64,000 nucleotides of DNA from a virus (Duplodnaviria; Caudoviricetes). Below are positions 17,996 through 26,586 of this stretch, one piece after another. The translations under genes and the position numbers were made by a program. The stretch spans positions 16,139 through 80,138 of the IMG/VR virus record IMGVR_UViG_3300037878_000134, one strand, 5' to 3'. How positions within the stretch are numbered: the first letter of the stretch is position 1; each line of letters starts with the position of its first letter. The notes under the pieces are model-generated. The model was not told the origin of the DNA, did no database searches, and was given only the letters and a program-made list of their open reading frames with translations.

Positions 17996-19135
17996 ATGGC
18001 AACGCCCGTTAGGCCAAGCTCCTTCGCGCTGGCCGAGCTATGCGATCTCGCGCCATACCTATCGACCAAGTTTCCCCGGTCGAACGCGCGGACAAAACAC
18101 GGCTCGGGCGTCGATGGCCAAGTCTCGCGCGCCTTGCAGGCTGGCGAGCTGGTTCTCGAACCCGGCGAGGAGCTGCTGCCCGAGGCCGAGCAGGTCCTAA
18201 AGTGGGTGCGCCAGACCTTCCTGGCCGACGCCGAGTTCTTCGTCCAGCAGAAGGTCGAACTACGTGACCCAGCCACGGGCGACTTGGTCACGGCGGGCAC
18301 CCCCGACCTGGTGGTACTGCTGCGCGAGCAGCAGCGGCTCGTGATCGTCGATTGGAAATCGATCGGCCAGATGTGGGCCGGGCACCTGCCGCCCCCGCGC
18401 GAGAACATGCAGCAGCTCATCTACGGCGTGGCCGCCAGTCTGCAGTTGTCGGCCGAACTCGGGGTCGAGATCGATTCATTCAAAGTCTACCTGGTCTGCT
18501 TCGACAAGGACGGCGTCCGCCCGCAAATGTCAGACGAGATCCCGCAGGACGAGTGGTGGGAGATCCTGGAGCGGGTCAAGGCGGTCCCCCTCGTGGACCT
18601 CGACGCCCCCGCCCCCGAGGCCTCCGTGGGCCCGCACTGCACGCACTGCTACCAGCGGAGCCACTGCCCAGCCTACATTTTGCCCGAGCGGCCTGACATG
18701 CCGGTTGCCCTGGTGCCGTTTGCCCAGCCCGGCGAGCTGACGCCGGATGCGGCCGCCGCGGGCCTGGCATGGCTGGACCTCGCCGACATGGCCATCAAGC
18801 GCGCCAAGGAGCTGCGGGACATCGTGGAGGACAACATCAACGCGTTTACGGCCCTGCACGGCCCGGTGCTGGTGGGCGATCGTCAGTACGGCCCCAGGGA
18901 GAAGCGCGGGAACCGGCGCGGGCCGACCCTCGGCGAGCTCGAAGCTGGCGGGCACGCGGACATGATCAAGCCCGGCGCCATCAAGATCGTGTACGACTGG
19001 ATGCCCGCGGGGGCGCCGGTCGCCATTGTGCCGGCGGGCGCAGAGCCCGAGAAGCCGGCCAAGCGGAGCAAGAAGGCGCCGGCTGCCGTATTGATCGGCG
19101 CATTGGATCCTCCGCCCGAAAGCGGGCGGAGATAG
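17996..19135 (+). CDS. PD-(D/E)XK exonuclease (Cas4/RecB-like phage recombination nuclease)
   Basis: GTPDLVV...IVDWKS...QQLIYG nuclease motifs and HCTHCYQRSHCP Cys cluster. Confidence 0.85.
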   Translation: MATPVRPSSFALAELCDLAPYLSTKFPRSNARTKHGSGVDGQVSRALQAGELVLEPGEELLPEAEQVLKWVRQTFLADAEFFVQQKVELRDPATGDLVTAGTPDLVVLLREQQRLVIVDWKSIGQMWAGHLPPPRENMQQLIYGVAASLQLSAELGVEIDSFKVYLVCFDKDGVRPQMSDEIPQDEWWEILERVKAVPLVDLDAPAPEASVGPHCTHCYQRSHCPAYILPERPDMPVALVPFAQPGELTPDAAAAGLAWLDLADMAIKRAKELRDIVEDNINAFTALHGPVLVGDRQYGPREKRGNRRGPTLGELEAGGHADMIKPGAIKIVYDWMPAGAPVAIVPAGAEPEKPAKRSKKAPAAVLIGALDPPPESGRR

Positions 19136-19167
19136 GGGCAAGGCAACCCTCGTCCGAGGATGAAGCA

Positions 19168-19825
19168 ATGAAGTCACCGCTTGAATCTGTGGAACACGGT
19201 TGGTCCCTGGCAGGCTACTACTACGTCCGAATCCAGACGGGCGCGAACGGTCCACATGGTGACCAGCTCATTTGCGTCGACCAGAACCAAGCGCGCAGAA
19301 TCGCCGAGGCGTTGCACCCGCTTTTACGGCCAGGATCTGACGAACATGACGAGAGCGATACCTAGGGGCACGCAATGAACCGCACGGCCTACGTGATCGC
19401 CTTCTTTCGCGCAACGGTCGGTGGCCCCGAGTTCGTCCGCGCCGGCATTTTCTCCGAGAGCGCGAAAAACATCACCCTGGAGCCCAACACCATCGCGCTT
19501 GATGTCCTGTTGGCCGAAGGTGACGACTATGAAGACGCTTGCGCGAACGCCAGAGCCTTGTGCGCAAGGCATTGGCGGTACTGTTGGGTGCTGCCCCACC
19601 TGGAGGATTGACGTGTTCACGCGGAATCTCGGAAGCAAACGACTGCGGGCCCGAACGAATGACGGCCGCTTCAAGCGCGCCACCCTCGCGGACCTTGGCA
19701 TCCACATGACCGCGTGCGCGGCCTGCGGACGCTTCTTCGAGAACCGCACAGTCGACCATTCAGAACCTTTCCCCATGCCGAAACGAGTGACCATTTGCCC
19801 GCACTGCGGGCGTGAGCAGGAGTGA
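19168..19825 (+). CDS. Three small hypothetical ORFs (19168..19365, 19375..19611, 19613..19825)
   Basis: Each has an RBS and they are tightly packed; the last has CAAC/CPHC zinc motifs. Confidence 0.5.
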
Positions 19826-19829
19826 CCCC

Positions 19830-21425
19830 ATGCCGAAGTTGACCCGCATCGAGATTCGAAATTTCCTAGGTCTGGAACACCTGGCTTTCGACGTACCCGC
19901 CGCGGGCGCGATCATCGCGGGGGCCAATCGCGTCGGCAAGACGTCCGTGCTCAAGGCCATCAGCGCGGCCCTGGCCGCCCAGGGCGTGGGGCCCGAGGCC
20001 ATCCGGAGCGGCGCGGACAAGGCCGAGATCCTCGTAGACCTGGACGCTGTCGGCCGCGTGCGCAAGGCCATCACGGCCAAGGGCGACTCGGTGTCGGTGA
20101 CCACGCCCGCGGGCGATCGCTGGGCGCGGCCTCAGTCGCGCCTTGATGAGCTGCTCGGTACGGCGGCGCTTGATCCGCTGGACTTCTTCCTGTCCAAGCC
20201 GGCCGAGCGCAAGGCCAAGGTGTTGGCCGCGATCCCGATGGAGGTGACGGCGGAAGATCTTCTGCGCTGGACGGGAGACAACTGGCAACCCGAGGCCGGG
20301 CGCCACGGGCTCGAAGTCCTCGACGAGGTGGGCAGGCACTACTACGAGCAGCGCCGCGAGGCCAACAAGGCTGCGGCGGATCTGGCGGTCAGGTACGCGG
20401 ACGCGACCGCCAAGGCCAAGGCGCTGCAGTCCGATGCGCACGTGGGCGTGAGCGTCCCCCCGGCGGGCGAAGAAGACCAGCCGGTTCGCGCGGCAGAGCA
20501 GGCGCGCGCGGCGCTGACGCAGCGGCAGCATCAGGCCGAGGATCACAAGATTCGCACTGCCGGTACGCGTGGGCGCATCGCAGACCTGCGCGCCGAGGTT
20601 CTCGCCATGGAGGAAGCCCAGGGCGATCCACCTACCCAGGCCGAATGGGCAGACATCTGCATCGCGTTCGACAACAAGAAGGCCGAAGTCGATGCGCTCA
20701 AGGCAAAGCTGGCCGCCGCCGAGGCGGAGCTGGCGCCCTTGCGCGAGCGGGCCATAGGCTGGAATCGCAGGACCGAGGCCTACAGCGCGGCCCAGGCCCC
20801 GATCGAAGCGAAAGAGCGGACGGCCAACGAGTTGGAGGCCACGCTTGCCGAGAGCGCCATCGTCCCGCCCGGTCCAGACGAGTTTGCTGCCGCTGCCGAG
20901 GCGGTCAAGACAGCCGAGGGCCAGCGTGATCTCATCCGCGCTGCCCGCGCCGCCCACGATGCGCTGGCCGCCGCTGCGGCTATTGGTGACGAGCTGGCGA
21001 TAGCCAAAGCCAAGGCCGAGTCCCTGGACGCCATCGTGACCCGCCTCAAGACGGAGGCCCCGCTTGAGCTGACCGCTCGGGCGTCCAGCATCCCGGGGCT
21101 TGCGGTCTCAGGTGACGGCATCACCCTCGATGGCAAGGCGCTCGACAACCTCTCGGGCGCCGAGGCCATGGAGTTCGCGGTCGCTCTGGCCAAGCGACTC
21201 AATCGTGGCTCCAAGCTCCTCCGGGTCGACAAGCTCGAACAGCTCGACCCGGACACCTTGGAGAAGTTTGTCGCCATGGCCACGGCTGATGACTGGCAGC
21301 TCATCGGCTCGCGCGTGGAGAGGGGCGAGCTGGCCATCTACGCGATTGAGGCGGGAAAGCCCAGGGTGAGAATCGAACTCGAAGCCGAGAAGTCTGCGGG
21401 GACCTCATGGCATGCAGGATCTTGA
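19830..21425 (+). CDS. SMC/Rad50-like coiled-coil ATPase
   Basis: IEIRNFLG, Walker A GANRVGKT, signature LSGAE, Walker B LRVDKLE. Confidence 0.85.
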   Translation: MPKLTRIEIRNFLGLEHLAFDVPAAGAIIAGANRVGKTSVLKAISAALAAQGVGPEAIRSGADKAEILVDLDAVGRVRKAITAKGDSVSVTTPAGDRWARPQSRLDELLGTAALDPLDFFLSKPAERKAKVLAAIPMEVTAEDLLRWTGDNWQPEAGRHGLEVLDEVGRHYYEQRREANKAAADLAVRYADATAKAKALQSDAHVGVSVPPAGEEDQPVRAAEQARAALTQRQHQAEDHKIRTAGTRGRIADLRAEVLAMEEAQGDPPTQAEWADICIAFDNKKAEVDALKAKLAAAEAELAPLRERAIGWNRRTEAYSAAQAPIEAKERTANELEATLAESAIVPPGPDEFAAAAEAVKTAEGQRDLIRAARAAHDALAAAAAIGDELAIAKAKAESLDAIVTRLKTEAPLELTARASSIPGLAVSGDGITLDGKALDNLSGAEAMEFAVALAKRLNRGSKLLRVDKLEQLDPDTLEKFVAMATADDWQLIGSRVERGELAIYAIEAGKPRVRIELEAEKSAGTSWHAGS

Positions 21426-21440
21426 ACCATGCTTATCCGG

Positions 21441-21469
21441 TTGACACACCCAAGTGAATCGATTAGGAT
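21441..21469 (+). promoter_or_regulatory. Sigma-70 promoter inside the left IS end
   Basis: TTGACA-17 nt-TAGGAT. Confidence 0.75.
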
Positions 21470-21475
21470 TTGAGT

Positions 21476-21679
21476 ATGAAGACACAAACGCCCGGTCCCT
21501 ACTTGCTGGAGAAGTGCCCAGAAGGATATGTGGTAAGAGGTAAGTACGGTGTCATAGTGGCTTACTTCGGCACCTCTTCAATCTTCCATTTTCACCCTCG
21601 CGAGTCTTATAAGATCTCCATGGATGAGGCTAAGTGCAATGCCGAAAGGTTTTTGACTGCCTTGGAGATTAACCCATGA
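21476..21679 (+). CDS. IS passenger: small hypothetical protein
   Basis: ORF between the IS promoter and the methylase-like gene, with ATGA overlap. Confidence 0.5.
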   Translation: MKTQTPGPYLLEKCPEGYVVRGKYGVIVAYFGTSSIFHFHPRESYKISMDEAKCNAERFLTALEINP

Positions 21680-22332
21680 TTGCGGCTTTGTACGTCGAAA
21701 CCAATGGTGTCTATTTCGGCCGTACCGACGTGGATCCGTGGGACGAGTCACGCGATGCTCGTCAGTATGCGGGGCCGTGGCCTGTAGTTGCTCATCCTCC
21801 GTGTCAACGATGGGGAAGTTTAGCGATAGCCAACTTTGCGCGTTGGGGAGGGGAACATAATCGTCCAGGAAACGATGGTGGTTGCTTTCTGGCAGCCTTG
21901 ATCGCTGTGCGCAAATGGGGAGGGGTGTTGGAACACCCAGCAAAGACGCGAGCTTGGAAATTCTTTGGGCTTACCCGACCGTCGTCATCTGGCGGCTGGT
22001 CTCCTTGTGATTGCGGGTGGGTATGCGAAGTGTGGCAATCGGTCTATGGTCACAAAGCCAATAAGGCCACGTGGCTGTACTACTGCGGAGAAGCTAAACC
22101 AGTCGAGCTGGATTGGCGTCACTTGATAGGCACACACCAATGTGGTTTTCACGATCAAAGAGGAAAATCTCGAAACAAACCAACTATTTCAGGGCCTGCG
22201 GCTTCAAGAACACCCAAGGCTTTTTCTGAGGTTTTATTGAGTCTGGCTCGCACCTCTAGACCGGCGAAACAGGATGATCTGGATCTTGAGGATTCGCGGT
22301 CAAGTCGTGAACTTTTCATGGGTCTGCTTTGA
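21676..22332 (+). CDS. IS passenger: C5-cytosine methyltransferase-like protein (short phage type)
   Basis: VVAHPPCQRW catalytic-type motif, GGVLEHP and GH.ANKATWLY. Confidence 0.6.
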   Translation: MIAALYVETNGVYFGRTDVDPWDESRDARQYAGPWPVVAHPPCQRWGSLAIANFARWGGEHNRPGNDGGCFLAALIAVRKWGGVLEHPAKTRAWKFFGLTRPSSSGGWSPCDCGWVCEVWQSVYGHKANKATWLYYCGEAKPVELDWRHLIGTHQCGFHDQRGKSRNKPTISGPAASRTPKAFSEVLLSLARTSRPAKQDDLDLEDSRSSRELFMGLL

Positions 22333-23369
22333 TGAAAAATCTTCCATTCCCCAAGAGTCTCCTGGACTTCCAGCGTCTGTTCGGAAGTAATGAAGCTTGC
22401 GCCAAGTACCTGGAACAGGTGCGCTGGCCTGACGGCTGGACTTGCCCACATTGCCAAGATAAAGCCGATCCGATTCGGATCTCTACCCGTCCGCACGTCT
22501 TGCGCTGCCGGGCCTGCAAGAAGGAAACGAGGCTCACCGCCGGGACGGTCATGCAGGATAGTCACACCGACCTTCTGACGTGGTTCTGGGCCGCCTACCT
22601 CGTCACGAGCTTAACGCCGGGCATGTCGGCCGTACAGTTTCAGCGTCAGCTTGGAATCAAGCGATACGAAACGGCTTTCCAGCTTTTACACAAGCTCCGA
22701 GCTGGCATGGTCCGTATGGACGCAGACCAAATTGGCGGCGTCAACACGGTCGAGCTGGACGAGGTTTGGATTGGTGGACGAACCCGTGGTGAAGGTAAGG
22801 GCACCCATCACAAGACGCTCGTGGTGGGCTGCGTGGAGGTTTGCCATCGCAAAGGCCCCAAGCCGACCGAGAATCCCTTTGGCGAGCACAGCAAGGCCGT
22901 CCCGCGTCGATCTGGGAAGTACGCCGGACGCATTCGCCTAGCCGTGGTGTCTGATCGCACATCCGAGTCTCTGGTCGGGTTCGCGCGCTCGGCCATTGCG
23001 CCGGGCTCGGATGTCATCACGGACGACTGCCCGAGCTACGCAAGCCTCAAGAAGTACGATTTCAAGCACCAGGCTTTCGCGGAGAACGGCGATCCGAACG
23101 TGGCCGAGGAGAAGATGCCCCTCATTCACCTGGTCTTCTCAAACCTCAAGGCGTGGCTGCTGGGGATTCACCACGGTGTGAGTCCGCAGCACCTACAGAC
23201 CTACCTGAACGAGTTCACGTTCCGTTTCAACCGGCGCTTCTACCCGTTCAATTCGTTTCGGTCGATCTTGGGCATCGGGGTAAATACCAAATCGCTCACC
23301 TATGAAGAGCTTTACGACCCAGAGTGTAAACACAGCAGTTTCGCGGATGTTCACTTTGTCGGAGAATAA
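22329..23369 (+). CDS. IS1595 (ISXO2-like) DDE transposase
   Basis: RWPDGWTCPHC zinc ribbon, VELDEVWIGG, VITDDCPSY and HLQTYLNEFTFRFNRR. Confidence 0.95.
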   Translation: MMKNLPFPKSLLDFQRLFGSNEACAKYLEQVRWPDGWTCPHCQDKADPIRISTRPHVLRCRACKKETRLTAGTVMQDSHTDLLTWFWAAYLVTSLTPGMSAVQFQRQLGIKRYETAFQLLHKLRAGMVRMDADQIGGVNTVELDEVWIGGRTRGEGKGTHHKTLVVGCVEVCHRKGPKPTENPFGEHSKAVPRRSGKYAGRIRLAVVSDRTSESLVGFARSAIAPGSDVITDDCPSYASLKKYDFKHQAFAENGDPNVAEEKMPLIHLVFSNLKAWLLGIHHGVSPQHLQTYLNEFTFRFNRRFYPFNSFRSILGIGVNTKSLTYEELYDPECKHSSFADVHFVGE

Positions 23370-23372
23370 CAA

Positions 23373-23627
23373 GTGTATGAACCGGATAAGCATGTCTTGA
23401 ACGTCGGCGGGTGTACAGTGATCGCCTGCGGCCGCGGCGGCTTCAAGCGGTGCTCTGTGCCTGGCTGCACTCGCCGCGGTGAGCGCCTTTGCGACTACCC
23501 CGTCACACGGGCCGGTGTGCAGGAAACGTGCGACGTGCGGCTGTGCCTCGGGCACGCTGCCAGCCAGGGGCCGGACCGCGACTATTGTCCCGCGCACGCC
23601 AAGCTAGCGGGCAGGGTCGCGCCATGA
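23373..23627 (+). CDS. Cys-rich zinc-binding protein whose original N-terminus (ATG 21407, MACRILN) was separated by the IS
   Basis: Removing the IS and one TSD restores MACRILNVGGCTVIACG...; the TIR supplies an in-frame GTG at 23373. Confidence 0.7.
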   Translation: MYEPDKHVLNVGGCTVIACGRGGFKRCSVPGCTRRGERLCDYPVTRAGVQETCDVRLCLGHAASQGPDRDYCPAHAKLAGRVAP

Positions 23628-23821
23628 AAAAGGCGGCGACCTCATCTCCCGACCCGAACGCGCGCTGTCCGCACGTCACGCCGTCGGGTGATCCGTGCTG
23701 CGCGCCGGTTGACCATTGGGACGGCAGGCATCTGTTCCGCTGCCCCGGGCCCAGCTGCCCAGGCCTGCCCAGTCTCCCGCGCGAACACCCAATAACCTGC
23801 AAAGAGGAGTTTAAGGCGTAG
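23624..23821 (+). CDS. Small Cys-rich hypothetical protein
   Basis: ATGA overlap; RCPH...CC...RCPGPSC. Confidence 0.45.
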   Translation: MKKAATSSPDPNARCPHVTPSGDPCCAPVDHWDGRHLFRCPGPSCPGLPSLPREHPITCKEEFKA

Positions 23822-23974
23822 CTGTTTCGACGTCACTACCCCGAAAGGAAAGCAATTGTCTGACATGACCACACAGGCGCTTACGGAACAGTCGCGCAGT
23901 TGTGGAGAAGTTGTTGATTGGGACACACTCGGCGCCCCAGTCGCTTTCTCTTACCGCTCGATCCTGGTTGCCGG

Positions 23975-24433
23975 ATGAAATCATCACTGAAGAAAACGGC
24001 CCCGAACCTCATCACTGCCGCCCAGTTCGCGCGGATCCTCTCCCACACGCCCTTGGCGACATTCCGGGTGCTGCTCCTGCTCTTGTGGGACACGGGCATG
24101 CGTGTCGGCGAGGCACTCCCTTTGCGCCGGGTGCAGTTTTCCCGACGGGGAAACGGCGGAGGAGCAATCGAGCTTGGGCCCGACAGGAAGACCGGGCGAG
24201 CGCGGACGGTGTTTCTCACGAGACGCGCCGCCAAAGCACTCGAATCCTTGCCCGATCGCGGGCCCTACTTTTTCTGTGGGCGCGACGGCGAGCCGCTCGG
24301 CTACACGTACCTGTACAGAATCTTCGCAGTCGCCGTCAAAAGGGCAAAAGTGCCGTGGGCTCCGGGCCTGCACACACTGAGGAAGTCCGCGTTCTACCGG
24401 ATGACTCACCACTCGATCCTGGTTGCAAAATGA
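23975..24433 (+). CDS. Internally deleted, Tyr-less paralog of the adjacent integrase (mini-integrase or pseudogene)
   Basis: MKSSLKKTAPNLITAAQ is fused directly to FARILSH...DTGMRVGEAL...HTLRK and ends before the GH and Tyr motifs. Confidence 0.75.
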   Translation: MKSSLKKTAPNLITAAQFARILSHTPLATFRVLLLLLWDTGMRVGEALPLRRVQFSRRGNGGGAIELGPDRKTGRARTVFLTRRAAKALESLPDRGPYFFCGRDGEPLGYTYLYRIFAVAVKRAKVPWAPGLHTLRKSAFYRMTHHSILVAK

Positions 24434-25518
24434 AGCCGAAATCATCGCTCAGCAAAACAGATCCCAACCTCATTGCCGCCGCTCAGCTGCTCCTGTCCCA
24501 CGTCCAGGACCAACTGGAGGAATCGCCGACCATAAAGGACTTGTGGGAGAAGTATTTCGCCTCGGAGGGACAGCATCTCCGTAGTGCAGATAGACTGAGC
24601 GCGGCCTGGAAGTTCTTTCACGCGATCCGTGGCACCGACGGCATCCCGTTCGAGAAGCGCCAGGCGCTCACGATCGATAATGCCGTCATCGAAGAATTCC
24701 GGGCGGCCATGCGCATATCGCCGCTCAGCGGCCGTGCGACCAAGCCGGCGACCCGAAACCGAATGCTAAGCGTGGTTCAGCGCGTGCTCCACTGGTCGCA
24801 TCAGAATGGCCTGATCTCGCACATGCCGATTGCGGGAGTCCACCTCGAAGCGGAGCACAACATCCCGAAGACAAAATTGCGCACGGACGAGGAATTCGGG
24901 CGGATCCTCGCCCACATACCGGTAGCGACGTTCCGAGTGCTGCTTTTGCTGCTTTGGGATACCGGTATGCGTGTCGGCGAGGCTTTGAAACTGCGGCGGG
25001 TGCAATTCTCCCCACGCATTAACGGGGGTGGAGTCGTCGAGCTCGGGCGCGACGAAACCAAGACCGGGCGAGCGCGGACCGTGTTTCTCACGAGACGCGT
25101 CGCCAAGGCGCTCGAATCCTTGCCCGATCGCGGGCCCTACTTTTTCTGCAAGCCCAATGGCGGCACCTTCAGCTACGCCTATCTGTACAGGATATTTGCG
25201 TTGGCGGCCGAGAGGGCGAAGTTGCCCTGCGCTCCCGGCGAGACGATCCACCTGCACACGCTCAGGCATTCCGCGCTCTACCGGATGCGGACGCTCTGCC
25301 ACTGGCCCCAGCAGCTCTGCATGCGCCAGTCCGGTCACACGACAACCAGCGCGTTTTTTCGCTACGGCATCGCTGACGAGCAGGAGATGACCACGGCCAT
25401 GGACACGTATGAAAGCGTGCTTCAGGGCCGACTCCCACCGCGACCAGCGCACAACCCCCACGCGATGGAGAGCACGGAAGACTTGGCAAACGCAGACGTA
25501 CTGGCCGCTCAAAAATAG
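24430..25518 (+). CDS. int: Tyrosine recombinase/integrase
   Basis: DTGMR, KTG, HTLRH, SGHTT and FFRYG catalytic motifs; N-terminal core-binding domain. Confidence 0.92.
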   Translation: MKPKSSLSKTDPNLIAAAQLLLSHVQDQLEESPTIKDLWEKYFASEGQHLRSADRLSAAWKFFHAIRGTDGIPFEKRQALTIDNAVIEEFRAAMRISPLSGRATKPATRNRMLSVVQRVLHWSHQNGLISHMPIAGVHLEAEHNIPKTKLRTDEEFGRILAHIPVATFRVLLLLLWDTGMRVGEALKLRRVQFSPRINGGGVVELGRDETKTGRARTVFLTRRVAKALESLPDRGPYFFCKPNGGTFSYAYLYRIFALAAERAKLPCAPGETIHLHTLRHSALYRMRTLCHWPQQLCMRQSGHTTTSAFFRYGIADEQEMTTAMDTYESVLQGRLPPRPAHNPHAMESTEDLANADVLAAQK

Positions 25519-25704
25519 TCGAGACAAAGTGATTGACAGCGGAATGGCGGGCGATGCAGTATGCTGCCCGATGGGATGTAGGGGCATACAGATTCTGCTT
25601 TCGGACATTCGAGGCGCGGTCTCTCCGCCACCGGCCCCGGGCATCTCATCAATCTCCGCAAACCGGCGTCGACGGGACCGCGCCTCAAGTGCCCGAAAGT
25701 CAGA

Positions 25705-26099
25705 TTGCCAAAGCCTGCTCAGGGGGCCCTGCCTTGAGACGGACTCGACTGCTTGCCGAGCACGGCTCAGACCGCCTCACAACGCTTGCTCAGGGAGCTA
25801 CGCCTTGAGACATGCTGCCACATCCTGCAGCCATCCCGGCCCCGATGGGTCGCAACGCCCGCTCAGGGGGCCCTGCCTTGAGACGTACTGGACTGCTTGG
25901 CCAGCATGGCCCGGCCCGCACCACAAAGCCTGCTCAGGGGGCCATGTCTTGAGACACCGAATAGGTGATCTCGTGGTGCGCCGGATGGTCGCGCGCAACG
26001 CCCGCTCAGGGGGCCCTGCCTTGAGACAGTCGACCTGGCCGTCCATCATCGCAGCCGCGGCAGCTCCTAATGCCCGCTCAAGGGGCCACGCCTTGAGAT
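25705..26099 (+). CRISPR. CRISPR array B: 6 divergent 36-nt repeats, 5 spacers
   Basis: Repeats start at 25705, 25776, 25849, 25920, 25992 and 26064; core AA(A/C/T)GCYYGCTCARGG..CYTGAGAY; period 71-73 nt. Confidence 0.9.
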
Positions 26100-26346
26100 C
26101 CGCAGATGTGGCAGTGAGAGAGGCGGAGTTGAGTGCTGTTTTTCAGCACAAGATAAAGTGCATTCGGACTGCATTTGGTCAAATGCCGAAAATAGCACTC
26201 TACTTTCCTCTACAACTCCGCGAATTCATTGGGGCCAGCCGCGGATGGGGTCGCCGATGCGGTCCCGCACATCAACTGCGCAGGGGCGATGCAAGGCCCC
26301 CAATTCTTCGCCCGCTCGCCCGCGCGCTGGCTATCATCGACAGAAC

Positions 26347-26420
26347 TGCAGGGTCGCCAAGTGGACAAAGGCTCCAGGCTCATAACCTGGCATTCGTGGG
26401 TTCGACTCCTACCCCTGCAA
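26347..26420 (+). tRNA. tRNA with CAT anticodon (Met or Ile2), CCA not encoded
   Basis: Acceptor TGCAGGG/CCCTGCA, D stem GCC/GGC, anticodon arm CCAGG-CTCATAA-CCTGG, T arm GTGGG-TTCGACT-CCTAC. Confidence 0.9.
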
Positions 26421-26586
26421 CTGCCTTAACGCTCTCTTTCCTGGCTGGGGGAAGCGCAGGCAACAAAGGGCAACGGCTAGGTGGGGCTCCGCGGGGGCCT
26501 GAATGGTCCGCCCGCCCACATTGTGGAAAGTCCCTATCAGCGCTCCGGCCCGCGGCCGCCGCTGGGGGCAGCGAGAGCTCGTGGTC

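Larger units (their letters stand above)
21428..23394 (+). mobile_element. IS1595-family element carrying two passenger genes
   Basis: TIRs CATGCTTATCCGGTTGACACA (21428-21448) and TGTATGAACCGGATAAGCATG (23374-23394); perfect 8-bp TSD TCTTGAAC at 21420-21427 and 23395-23402; visibly lower GC than the flanks. Confidence 0.92.

Noticed and set aside
17996-19135. Cas4 adaptation gene for the arrays
   Set aside because: It lies next to a putative annealing protein and an SMC ATPase, 16 kb from cas12, with no cas1/cas2. This is typical of phage recombination exonucleases.
23902-24429. N-terminal extension of the integrase to 538 aa as in the ORF track
   Set aside because: The extension overlaps the mini-integrase in another frame and looks non-coding. 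ATG 24430 mirrors the duplicated start context.
23975-25518. Diversity-generating retroelement (TR/VR) explanation for the integrase duplication
   Set aside because: Differences between the copies involve all bases, not just adenines, and no reverse transcriptase is present in the window.
26347-26420. tRNA as an attL/attR prophage boundary
   Set aside because: Phage genes continue on both sides and no duplicated tRNA 3' end was seen in the window.
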